A stretch of 64,000 nt of DNA from Sphyrna mokarran (lineage: Eukaryota): assembly GCA_024679065.1 (NCBI GenBank), contig JAGIQG010000011.1, forward strand, positions 62,496,001 through 62,560,000. Direction: 5' to 3'. This document shows positions 24,260 through 35,989 of this stretch, in pieces. Each line of letters begins with the position of its first letter. The first letter of the stretch is position 1. The translations under genes were made by a program, and so were the position numbers. Under the pieces are notes generated by a model, which worked only from the letters and a program-made list of their open reading frames with translations, ran no database searches and had not been told where the DNA came from.

Positions 24260-25305
24260 TACCTGGGTGACTTCTGTCCCTTTAATCCTGTGACTGAAGT
24301 AACTTTGTGAATGAGATTATTCAGTAGAAGTTCCTTTTGAAAGTCCATAAACATTGACTGCCCATAATATCCTGACCAACCCTCCTTGTAACTTCAAAAT
24401 AATTCATCTCAGCTAGGCAAGTACAATTGTCTTTAACAAATCTGTGCTGATTTTAGCCCAAGCACCAATTAATTTTGTCTTGCATCATCAACTCAAAATC
24501 TGCCCGTCACTGATATTTGGCTGACTGGTGTTGATTACTCTGTTCATCACTTGCCTCTTTTTTCAATCCTTTGGTGTCATCCTTAAAATTAAGTAATGCT
24601 GGAAGAATGTGTCCAGAGCCTTTGCAATTTCCATCTTTAATTTCCTCAGTAAACTAAAACACACTGCATCTGGACTTAGACAACTGACAGCCTTTTAAGT
24701 GTCTCCTCTTTATCTTTATCCTATCCAATGTCAGTCCTGCCTCATCCTTTACAGAGCTATTGGCAGCATCTACTTGTCTAGCAAAGAATAATGCAAAATG
24801 ATAATTTAGTACCTCTGGTTTGCTTTTTACCTTCACAGGAAGATCAGATTTTTGGTCCTTAATTTGTTCGTCTCTTTCTATGAATATCCCTTTACTAATT
24901 ACATGATTACAAAAGTCTGTTGTGGTCATTTTATGTTAGCTGGTAATTTATTCTTATATGTCCTTTGTCCTTCTTATTCTCCTTTTTTGATCTCCCCAAA
25001 TCCCTTCAAATCTTTTTGTCAGTTCTCAGCTGAAGTTAAAGCCAGTGGAGCCAAAGGCAAATTATTGACCTGGTTGAGGAATTGATTGAACAGTCAGAAA
25101 CAGAGTAGGAATAATGGCCTTGTATTCTAATCAACAGGATATGAGTATGGCCAACCCACAAAATCCATTTTGGGGCCTCAACTGCTCACTATTTATTCAT
25201 GACTTAAACAATGGGATAGGAAGGTGCTTATCTAAATGCATCAATTATGCAAAAATAGGAGCCACTGAAAGCAGTGTGGATGGAAGCATAAAAGAATAAA
25301 TGATA
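24260..25305. mobile_element. Decayed CR1 ORF2 fragments (minus 24260-25000, plus 25025-25305)
   Basis: Minus ORF contains EVLNYHFALFF. Plus frames give ASGAKGKLLTWLRN and SLFIHDLNNGI...KCINYAKIG. Confidence 0.7.
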
Positions 25306-25982
25306 ATAGGGGGTGATTTTGCAAAATTTGCAGAATTTCTTGAGTCAGAAAACAAGATTTTGGCTGGCAAGATTTTGTTTCCTGATTATTCCCGTTCCTT
25401 CACCAGTGATGTAAAATGGATGGGAACCTTTAAATATATTTCAATGAATTTTAATTATGTTAAAGGGCTTCTTGGCCATGGTTCTCCCTCATCGAATATT
25501 GAAACTTCAGCAAAGTTCACAACAACTTTCTGAAAATGAGCAACAGTTGAGGGGATCCTGGCAGGGACATCAAGGTAAATATAGCCACCTGGAGAGAGGG
25601 GGACAAGCCTGGACAGTATCCTGACACTGCCTGCTGGACCAAGTTGGTGGTAGAGAGGTTAAACCCACCCACTCTACGCCACCAGCTGCAACTGTTACTG
25701 TGGATTTAGGCAAGTTCCCTGGATGGATAGGACTCTGGTCCACATCACTCACTCTTTCTCCTGGATTGCAGCCTGAAGCTGCCTCCATTGCTTGAAAATT
25801 CCATCTATTATGTGGAAAATGGCCAGAAAGGTCCTTTAATTGGTCAAAAAGCCAATACAGCTCTGTATTCCAGAACAAGGAGGTGGAATCATGGCGTGGC
25901 AGGAAATCGTTCATAAACAGCATTCAAAAAAATTAGAAAGACACCAAGTTGTTAATTTGATGAAAAAAAATGCATTACTTAC

Positions 25983-26199
25983 TCAAACACAAGTAATCCT
26001 TTAGTAACCCTTTAAAACTGTTAGAGTATAAGAGAGCCCCCAAGTGAGATAAGACTTCTTTCAGATTTTGGAATTCAGCCATTTTTCCATTAATTGTCCC
26101 GATATCAAAAAAATCTTGAGAATGCAAACACTGGTGTCCATTTAAATTAAAAACCAGATGGCTGTTTTCCTTATCAGATGTACTGTCAGTCAAAGCAGT
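25983..26199 (-). CDS. Candidate coding exon of unidentified gene (217 nt, phase 0 to phase 1)
   Basis: Acceptor CTATCACTTTCAG|; open frame TALTDSTSDKENSHLVF...MAEFQNLKEVLSHLGALLYSNSFKGLLKDYLCL; donor TTGA|GTAAGT; non-repetitive context. Peptide not recognised, so it may be chance. Confidence 0.25.
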
Positions 26200-26699
26200 C
26201 TGAAAGTGATAGCTGCTAAATGAATTTATTTCAATTTAAGAGCGCCTCTGGCATTTATATCACTAGAAATATAAAGCAGTGGTTTCCTTAATTTTTGAAT
26301 GCATAAGAGCGCTTTACCTAGTTGGAAAAGTATTCCTATGCATGACAACAATTACACTATGTTTGTCAGTTTAATGGTCAATGTATCTTGTCAGGGCAGA
26401 GTCCCATGTTGAATCATTTTTGTTAAACACATTTACATTACAATGCAGTATCTAATAGTCACATTTAATACTTAAGATTGTTTCTTACTTTTCAGGAGGT
26501 TTTACTCAGCTGTAATGAATTTGCTAATGAAGTGCGTTGTTTTAGGAATTCCAAAATATGCACCAGATACGAAAATAAGAAAGTGGAAAAGCCTATCTTA
26601 TGTTTTGAATTTTGCAGGTTGGGTACAGTCAGTACTTGGCATGTTACAAACAGACAAAAAGGACTTATTATTTGAGATGGTCTGCTCCTGGTTGGGGCA

Positions 26700-28100
26700 C
26701 AAGTCTAACACACTAGCATTATAAAATGGCGCTGAAATTCATGTACCACATAACTCATTTGTGTGATAGGCAGAACGTCTTGTTGGCTTAACGGGAGCAT
26801 CCTATTGATGAAGAATATCACTCGTGTCACTTCTCTATTGTAACAGCGTACAGTAGCTGGTTTCATCTGTTTTTGAGAAAACTTCCAGGCTAATCTGAGA
26901 TAGGCCCAGGTGATTTTCAAAGCCAAAAAGAATGGCTTTAGGCCCAGTTATGAATGTTTCTGCTATACAGTGAGCAGTGATCTGGTCTGCCATTATTCCA
27001 TAGGATGGTTTTAATGCACCCTATTTAGCATCAAGCTTGCATAATGAGATAATGTCTGAGACCCTATTTACGAGGTTGCGATGAAGCCAATCTTACAGTG
27101 CATGGAACTGTAGTGGTATCATTCAAAGATGTTTTACTTATGGAATCTGTCAAGGATGTTTGCGAGAGCTGGGCTGATGGATGGTCCCCTATGGGTGGTC
27201 ACATGGCAATACTACCTATTAGGGTAAACATTGTGTCATTAAAGTTGAACTCAACTGCATGGGTTGCTGAGTTCATAAGATCAATAAATACAGATTCAGA
27301 CATTGGTAATATATCTAGCTTTCATAATATAATGATGTAGTGCAAGTGCCTATGTCTTCCTTGAATGATACTTTAGGCGAACAGGCTAACGTCAAATGAG
27401 CACTTGGACACTGCAGTGCTATTGATATGCAAGTTCTGTACAGTGTTCACAAAAACGAAGTAATCCTTCACAGTGCATGAGGAAAGCCTGCTCAGAACTT
27501 GTTATAGCAACTCAGCCAACCTTTTCATGTTGCATAGAATCATTCATTGGTCAGGGCATAAAGGGATATTATTTTTGCCTGTCTTGAGCAGTTCGTGTAT
27601 ACATGGATGCAGTGAGCCTCGAGGATGAATCATATCATATTATTAGCTGGCAGCTCATTGCTGGACTTGTGTAAGAGTAATGTTTTTGTAGCTTGCTTTG
27701 AAGAGTGTTCTCTGGTCATATTTGGCAGCAGATCTGAAGAATTCAAAATCGGAACTATTAAGAATGGCATGAATATTGTAGATATAGTCACACTTGTTGA
27801 GGATTACAGTCTCTTTGCTGAGTTTATGGATGTATAGATCTGGATTGTTATTGAGGCCTTCTAACATTGCCAGTCATCAACATAGCATGTGAAATTCTGC
27901 CAATATTAGATTAGCTAAGCATGTCATCAAGGATTCAGCATCTTTAGTAGATGCTGATTTGTGGTGGGATAGTTCAAACTCAGCAAATGCCACTTCCTGT
28001 TTGACAGGTGACAAAGTAGAAGCCACTCACAAGAAAACCTCCTCACTTTCAGAGAGTTCATGGTCAGAGAGATTTTCTACATGCGTGGTGGCATCTTAAA
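26700..28100 (-). mobile_element. Decayed Penelope-like element (DKG region, RT, start of GIY-YIG)
   Basis: LNNNPDLYIHKLSKETVILNKCDYIYNIHAIL (DKG-like region), a decayed GLPK.HK...PL.P motif near 27560-27625, and NRMLPLSQQDVLPITQMSYVVHEFQ (GIY-YIG start). Confidence 0.8.
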
Positions 28101-28414
28101 TTGCACTGCTAAACCTCTTCCGCTCCAGTGAGTAGGCATGCTTCAAACAGCTATTGCTTATGGTGCCATCATCTATTGAGGTTATGTAGCTGAACAAGCA
28201 GATCAAATTGGATGCATCAAAGCCATCCTCCGGGGTAATGGCGAGCCTGATCAGATCATTGCTTGTTTTATATCGTGTAAACTTATGAATGGGTCTAAGG
28301 TTTTCACTTCCAGCCCTGCAATATGCCCAATATATCTCTGATTACCTTAGGATAATACAAAATATATTTGAACAATGGATGAAGCTAGCCATTACATGCT
28401 GCCACTATTCATTT

Positions 28415-28688
28415 AAAAGTATCACAAGTAGACTTACATTAACATTGCAATGAAGTTACTGTAAAAATCTCTTAATTGCCACACTCTGCCACCTGTTTGA
28501 GTACACGGGAGGGAGAATTTAGCATGGTCAATACCCCAAACCATCACGTCTTTCATGGGGGTTGGAAGCAGGAACAGCCAGAGGAAACCTATGCAGATAC
28601 AGGAAGAACATACAAACTTCACACAGCCAGGTCCAAGTTCCTGGCACTATTAGGCAGCAATGCTAACAATTATGCCAGTAGCCACTAC
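28415..28688 (-). mobile_element. HE1-like V-SINE, tail type B
   Basis: CACAAGTAGACTTACATTAACATTGCAATGAAGTTACTG is the reverse complement of the type B tail. Confidence 0.85.
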
Positions 28689-29503
28689 CCAGCATCAATT
28701 CATCTGGCACTCACTGTTAACAGGTTGCTGCTATTAAGCCAAAAAGATGTTCTGCCTATCATACAAATGAGCAGTATGGTGTATGAATTTCAGTGCCAAT
28801 ATCTTGCTAGGTAAGTAGGTCATACACCTCAATGACTCGAAGGCAAATCATGTGAGACAGTATATCCTATCAGCTGTTCACAACAGGCAAAGCTCCGACT
28901 GTACCCAACCAGCCTTTGCTTGTAAGATTGCAGGTTTCTTGGCAGGGTAGAATATGAACAAGGGGAAACTCTGACAGTGACAGGATTGTAAGATCCCATC
29001 GTCAGCCATTGGCAAACTGTCTCTTCTGCCACAAAACATGCCATGGGCAGAGGCGGGTAGAAAACTCTACCCAAAGTGTCCAAAAGTTGATGTAACTGTG
29101 ATTTTTACAACACTTGCTGAACAATCCTGGTTGTGCTAAGATTTACATTGAAAACCAATTTAAAATTATTCGTCAGCTTCACAGTGTGACTCACTTGTGC
29201 ATGCCAAAAGCCACATATATTTACACACGTTAGCCTATACTCTACAGGAAGATGGGTTATGTCCACCCATTACACCTTTTCCAACTGACCAAAAGCTTCA
29301 GGGAGGGTATGTGGGATGGGGTGGTGGGCACTATTTCCTAGCTGATTCCCTATTTTATACCTTGACCAGAGTCTGATTTGAATTTGACTATTAACAATTG
29401 ATTGTTCCTTTCTGCATTGTCCATGCCAACACCGCTATCAGAGTTCACATGACAATCAGCTCTCTCCTATCGTGCAGTGTAAATTGTTGGTTTAACATAA
29501 ATA

Positions 29504-29541
29504 GCTGTCCTGATGACTGCAAGATGAAAAGTTTTGATAGC
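29504..29541 (+). ncRNA. Decayed minimal type I hammerhead ribozyme motif in a Penelope pLTR
   Basis: GCTGTC-CTGATGA-CTGCAAGAT-GAAA-AGTTTT-GATAGC: both core boxes intact and 6-bp helix I (GCUGUC/GAUAGC). Helices II and III are damaged, so it is probably inactive. Confidence 0.55.
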
Positions 29542-29925
29542 ATGTCTTTTTTTTTTAAATCAGCAACACTCAAGTATTAGATTACTTCTACCTTAGCAAA
29601 CAAGTAAAACAAAATCAGTTATGCTTCTGGGGATTTTTGATAACCACGTATATTACATTATCAGGGAAAGAAAATATTTGTGAAACAAGAAATTATTCAA
29701 ATCTGGTTACAATTTGAAGGTCATAGCTTTACAACTTTCAGTTGCATCGGAAAATTATGGATTAACTATGTAAAGTTTGACAGACACAAACAAATTTTGC
29801 AATAGTGTGACCTTTCTATTTATTAATCTACATTAGTGATTACCTCTCATTTTGTAAAGGTTTGGCAACAGGAGATTTGTAGGCTTAACAGCAGCAGGCC
29901 TGAGGCCAGCTTACAGTCACATTAC

Positions 29926-30250
29926 AAAAGTAAAATACTTTGGATGCTGAAAATGGAATTGGAAACATTAAATGCTGAAAAATCTCAGCAAGTCTGGCAG
30001 CATCTGTTATAGAATCATAGAAATCCTACAGTGTAGAAAGAAGCCATTTAGCCCATCGAGGTCCTATCCCCATAACCCCACGCATTTATGCTGCTATTCC
30101 CTTGAACGTACACATCCCGGGCAATTTAGCACGGTCAATCAACCTAACTGCTCGTCCACTGAGAAAGACGTTGAGCCATTTCAACTTGATGATCTATCAG
30201 ATCTCCAATGAAAGATCAGTAACTTGAAATGTTCGGCCTCCCCTCTGCAT
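29926..30250. mobile_element. Penelope pLTR-type repeat interrupted by a HE1 SINE 3' fragment (30008-30150, minus)
   Basis: AAAATACTTTGGATGCTGAAAAT...CTCAGCAAGTCTGGCAGCATCTGT, then the SINE tail ATAGAATCATAGAAATCCTACAG, then the host resumes at ~30160. Confidence 0.7.
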
Positions 30251-30282
30251 TTTTCCTCAGTGGTCAGAGGCAGCACACCATC

Positions 30283-30815
30283 GTTCATAGGATCATACTG
30301 TGCAGAAAAGGTTCTTTGGTGCATCGAGCCTGCACTGACATGAGTAAAATACCTGATTCCATTTACTAGCCCTTGAATATTATGATGTGCCAGGTGCTCT
30401 TCCAGGTACTTTTTAAAGGATGTGAGACAACTCACATTTACCACCCTCCCAGGCAGCACATTCTAGACCATCACCACGCTTGAGTGAATTTTTTTCCCCC
30501 CTCACGTCTGTCTAGATCTCCTACTCTCACGACTAACCCTTCAACTGAGAGAAATAGCTGCTCCTTATCTATTCTGTCCGTGTCTCTCATAATCTTGTAC
30601 ACGTCAATCAGATCATCCCTCAGTCTTCTCTGCTCCAATGAAAACAACCCAAGCCTATCCAACCTCTCTTCATAACTTAAAATGTTCCATTCCAGGCAAC
30701 TTCCTAGTGAATCTCTTCCGCAACTCCCCTCCCGCCCACTCGCGAGCGATCATATCCTTCTCATAATGTGGCGACCAGAACTGCACATAGTAATCTAGCT
30801 GTGGCCTTGTTAAAT
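30283..30815 (-). mobile_element. CR1 3' fragment
   Basis: ORF 30471-30662 LDRLGLFSLEQRRLRDDLIDVYKIMR. Confidence 0.9.
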
Positions 30816-30999
30816 TCTACGTAATTTGATGGTAGCAAAGTAGCTTCTGGATTCGCTGTGTCGAGGAAATTCTGTCCAGCTGCTTAATCCTTACGCCTCC
30901 CAAACTCCTTACCAACAAACCTTTCCTTTCTCCATCCTTTTCCTCTCTTCCTCCCAACCCTGGACTCCACCCCCCCCACACTCTATCCTCTCCCCGACC

Positions 31000-31993
31000 C
31001 ATGACCTGTGCTGTTCCTCACTTTACTCTTCAAGGATCACCATTATACCACATCTGGATGGGCCTTGGTTGGCAGTGCCAGCGTGCCTCATTGCAAGGCA
31101 GGAGGGTGATGCACTTACTGTAAGGAAAGCTGTGGTTCTCTTCAACGTCACAAAATATCTGGATCCTGACTTTTTCACAACATCCCATTAATCTCCCCAG
31201 CTCATTCTTGAGAGTGCGATGGGGTACTTTTATCTGCACAACTGGTTAGTTAGGTGGGGAAGTGAGAGGAACTTTGACCAATTGTGATTTAGTTGTCAGA
31301 TGGGATATGCAACTCACAAAGCTTCCTACATGAGGGAGGATTGTAGGGTCAGTGAGAAGATGAGGTTGGAGGTGGAGGCAGGAGAGGGCCACCCCCATCC
31401 CACACTGAATGCCGATCATAAAAATGACAAAACTCCTCGGGCTAAGAGTGCGATAGGTTTAAATGGCGGATTTGAACATTTGCTGGGTTAGCGCTTGAAG
31501 GTTGGAAGTGTTGATTGTTAGATGGCAAAGGTTGGAACGATGCCATGGGAGGGCAGGTGAGTACTCATCCTTGTAGCTTGAAAGAGGTTGTACAGCTTCC
31601 TCCAGCACTGCACAGCATTCTTCCTGGTCATGCTGTTGCTACTGACTTTCCTCAGCCACTGTCTCCCAGACTACTGCAACACCATCGGCAGGAGGTTTCC
31701 TGCCTACCCTGGGGAATAGGGTGGGCCTTCACTTCACTGTAATCCAGCATGGAGTCCATATCAGCATCCAGAAATCCGGGGGCTGCTCTTCCTCCTGCTG
31801 TCTTCATTGTTGCAGTGAATGTGCACTGTTCACTGTTCACAGGGTGATATGTGGTGTTCCCACTTGTTAGTCCTGGAAGTGATTTCCAACTCCAGTGAAT
31901 CAGCCACCTCTGGAGTTGGAAGGTTTCTTTTGGGATTTGGGAGGTGGAGGGCAGGGGAGAACACTTAAGAATCAAAACAGGAGAATTCCACCA
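31000..31993 (-). mobile_element. PIF/Harbinger transposon relic with Myb/SANT-like DNA-binding protein remnant
   Basis: MKTAGGRAAPGFLDADMDSMLD then, after frameshifts, VWETVAE / VSSNSMTRKNAVQCWRKLYNLF, matching the F....L..L / W..VA..V / R...QC.KK..DL pattern. TIR-like GAGAATTCCACC at 31981-31992. Confidence 0.65.
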
Positions 31994-32500
31994 ATTATTT
32001 TCTGCAAACGTATAGCCAATCTCCTCCTTGTTTCATCCCATGAGACTTGCAGAGGACCATTCATATCAGTTAAGTAAGATATTCAAAATTCTGCCATTGA
32101 ACATAAAGCAAGGATGCTAAATCTTGTCTGTCTGAACATTGGCTTATTTGTTGTTTCAGAAGTTATTACAAGTCTTTGCAGTGGCTACCTTTGGATTTCA
32201 AAATGACCTTATAGTTATGATAATACCATACTTCACAAACATGGCAGATCCTACTTGTGAAAACTGTTAGTTAAAACACAGCTTTATTAAAAACCTTTTC
32301 CACATTGTTTTGCTTCCTTCTCATACATGTTTGCCTTCTTATGAACTATTAACATTCCAATGTAATACACTGGCACTCTGGAATATCCTGTGGGCATGAT
32401 AAAGGTGCTATGAAGGAAGGCAAGCCTTCTTATAGTTTTCTCATGATTTTCTGCATCTATGGGTGATTATGGTGGGCACTTGATCACAAAAAGATATGCG

Positions 32501-33120
32501 AGAATTGTTACCGGGATTACTTTCCCTCCCTTATGGGGAATGTTTGCTTTCCAATGATTAGATGAGATTGGAAACGAGTGAGGCTTTATATGTGCTAATT
32601 TATGTCTCTGCTTTACTGTATACAAACAGAAAATCCTAGTGTATTGTACCACTCTGATGCTCTGAACTCATACAATTTCAGAACTACACTTCATTCTATT
32701 ATCATGGGTGTACAGAAAAGATAGAATGATTGAGGTGTTGTCATGGGGAAAACAACACATTTGAATGAGTTACATCACATATTTGACATGGACACAGCGT
32801 AGAATATCTTATTAGTCTGGCAATCAGTTAAATTTTTGGGGAGGAGTTCAGTTATAGATTTCAATGATTTTATCTGGGTTCTTGCTACATTACAGACCGT
32901 CAGAGATAAACCCACAGTTATAACTCAAAGATTAGTCTCATAAAAGATCAACATGAAATGCTTCCTGTATTAATGAGACTGGGTTATTCTTCCTTCAGTT
33001 ATCTTGAAAGAAAAGGAGGAATGTTCTTGAATGTCAGCTAAACATTTGATTGCTGATCCAGGAGTCTTACATACCTGGAATGTTTAGCCTGACATAATTC
33101 AGATGAGGACTTTTTTTTTC
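32501..33120 (+). repeat. Copy B of the ~0.63 kb duplicated non-coding unit
   Basis: Collinear with 16514-17143 but lacks the perfect hairpin. Confidence 0.9.
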
Positions 33121-33689
33121 CAGTTTTAAAGTCACTAGATGGAATGTTACCATTGTTCATACTGGCAGGACTTTTGCATCCCACTGCAGTGAACGGAGAT
33201 TTAGCTGGGCACCAAATTCTCTGACCTCACTGCAGCTGGAGCATGACATAAATGGCTGCTAAGATGAATTCCAGCTCAGCAGCGCTTCCAGGGCCAAAGG
33301 GAAACACTGATTTTCCCACTGGTGGAAGCATTTAGATTTCAAATTGGAAGAATTGTCACCCATGTTTATGTGCATTTTGGTAGAAAATTGCAATCATATA
33401 TTCCTTAGATAATGAGATGGAAGAGAAAATAGGAAATTGGATTTGGGAGATACAGATACATGAATCACTACAAATGGTGACGTTGCTTAATAAGATGAGT
33501 AGGAGAGGGGAGCGTGTAGCATTGTCTGGAGATTGGGATGCCCTTTGTTGGTATCTTTAGGCCTTCACCCCAAAATTAAATCTAAACGTGGGAGAATTCA
33601 ATGAGAATCTCCCAGGCACCAAAAAGAAATTGGTGCAAATTTTGAACAAATCCAATTGAAAAAGGTAATCTTGCTCATGAGCCCATACA

Positions 33690-35975
33690 GTATGTGCAGG
33701 ACATTTTCTTCAAGCAATTCATTGTGCAGCCAGAGAACAAGCTATTTTGATTATGTTAATATAATGAAACAGGATTCATTAGTGATCTCAGAGCAAAGTA
33801 TCTTCTGGAGAAGAATGATCATAACGTGATGAAATTTGAAAATGAAAAGTTTGGATCTGAAACCAGTATGTTAAAATTTAATACTGGCAAGTACAAGGGT
33901 ATGAAGAAAGAGTTGGCTAAAGTAGCCCCAGAAAATATGTTAAAACGAAGACAATTGATAATCAGTAATAGATATTTAAGGCGGCAGGTACGATAGCAAC
34001 ATTTAAGTCTTATCTGGATAGACAGGAACAGACAGGGAAAAGAGGGATACAAGCATAGTCTAGATAGGGCAATGGAAGACCAAAGGATCAGCTCCTGTAC
34101 TGAACTGTCCTTTGTGACATTCTGTAACTCTCAACAAAACAGATTCCAGTGAGAAAGAAATTTTCTATCAGAAATATGAATTGTCCATGGCTAATTGAGG
34201 AAAGGAATAATAGTGTGAAATTGAAAGAATGGGCATACAATGTTGCAAAAATTAATGATAGGTCAGAATACTGAGAACATTTTAGAAACCAAAAAATGAC
34301 CAAAACAAATAAATGGGGAGTAAGTGGAGTATGACTACAAGATAGCGAAATATATATATATATAAACCACCAGTAAAAGATTCAACAGGTAAGTAAAAAG
34401 GAAGAGTGAAGTTAAAGTAAATTTTGGTTTCTTAAGGATGACACTGAGGAGTTAACAATGAGGAATAAAGAAATGGTGGAGCCTTTGGACAAGTTTTTGT
34501 GTCACTTTCCACGATAGAATACGTTAAAAGTATTAAAACCAAGAATAGTGTAAATTCAAGAGGCAAAAGGGAGATAAGAACTTAAAATATTCAGCAAGAC
34601 TAGAGAAAAAAAGACTGGGAAAATTAATGGGATGAAAGGTTAACAAGTCCCCCCTTACAGTCTTAGAGGAAGCAGCTTCAGAGATAATGGATGCACAAGT
34701 TATAATCTTGCAATATTTTCCATATTCTGGAAGGGTCTCATATATTGGAAATTTGCAAACGTATTTGCAAACTTTATTCAAGGAGGAATGGGGAGAAGAA
34801 ATAATAAACTATAGGCCAGTTAGCTTAACACTTATCACTGGGAAACCGCTAGAATCCATTGTTGCAGAAGTAGTTACAGAATATTTAAAAAGTCATGATA
34901 CAATCAAGCAGAATCAACAAGGCTTTGTGGAAGGGAAATCATGTTTGACAAATATATTGGAATCCTTTGAGGATGTAGCAAGTAGGCTAGATAAATGGGG
35001 CCAGTAGATGCTGTATATTTCAATTTCCAAAAGGTGCCACATAAACGATTACACAAGAGCTCATGGTATTGGGCTTAATATATTGGCATGAATGGAGAAT
35101 TGGCTAACGGACAAGAAAAAAAGGAACTGCGATAAATGAGGTTATTTTCAGGTTGATAACTGTAACTAGTGAAGTAGCACAGGGATCAGTGTTGGGTCCT
35201 CAGCTACTTTCGATCTATATTAGTAACTTAGATGAAGGTACAGAGTGTATTTTGCCAAATTTGCTAAAAGAAATACAAAGAAAGGTGGGAAAACAAGTTA
35301 CAAGAAAGGGCATAAAGTATCTATAAATGGACTTAGGTTAAAATAATGATGCTAAAATTTGGCAGCTGGACTATAATATTGGAAAAATATGAACCTTGGT
35401 AGGAAGAATAAAAAAGCAGAACATCCTTTTAAGAGAGACTAGAAAATACTGCAGTACAGAGAGATGTCAGTGTCCTTACATATGAATTATGAAAAGTTGG
35501 CATGAAGATACACAAGGTAAATTGGAAGGCAAATGGAATGTTGGCCTTTTTTTTATTCATTCATGGGATCTTTGTATTTATTGACTTTCCCTAATTGTCC
35601 TTGAGAATGTGGTGGTGAGATTTGGAAGGCAAACAGAAGATAAAAGTGGAGGAGTCTTGCTTCAACTTCAAAGGATGTTAGTAAGGCCATACCTAGAGTA
35701 CTGCATATAGTTAATGGCTCTTTATTTAAGGATGGATCTACCTGAATTGGAGACAATTAGGAGAAAGGTTGTTGAGTTGATTTCTGGTTGAACAGGTTGG
35801 ATTCATTAAGATTTCAGAATGATGAAACAAGTGAAGATTCAAGGTTGGGCAGACCAAGTGGATGGGTGAGAAGTTTCCCTGTTGAAGAGAAGCTAGAATT
35901 AGGAGGCATGGTTTCAGAATAAGGGAGCTCCCATTTCATATAGTGCTGAGGAGAACTTTCTTCTCAGAGGGAATC
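33690..35975 (+). mobile_element. Long decayed CR1 ORF2 (endonuclease end through RT C-terminus)
   Basis: ORF 34687-35007 NYRPVSLTLITGKPLESI...NQQGFVEGKSCLTNILESFEDV. QGSVLGP motif near 35180. Many stops and frameshifts. Confidence 0.9.
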
Positions 35976-35989
35976 TTCCACGATTAAAA

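Larger units (their letters stand above)
28190..29580 (+). mobile_element. Penelope-like element 3' half with pLTR, inverted relative to 26700-28100, carrying SINE and MITE inserts
   Basis: SQKDVLPIIQMSSMVYEFQCQYLAR*VGHT (GIY-YIG), HLLNNPGCAKIYIENQFKII, and a terminal CTGATGA...GAAA motif at 29510-29529. Confidence 0.8.
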
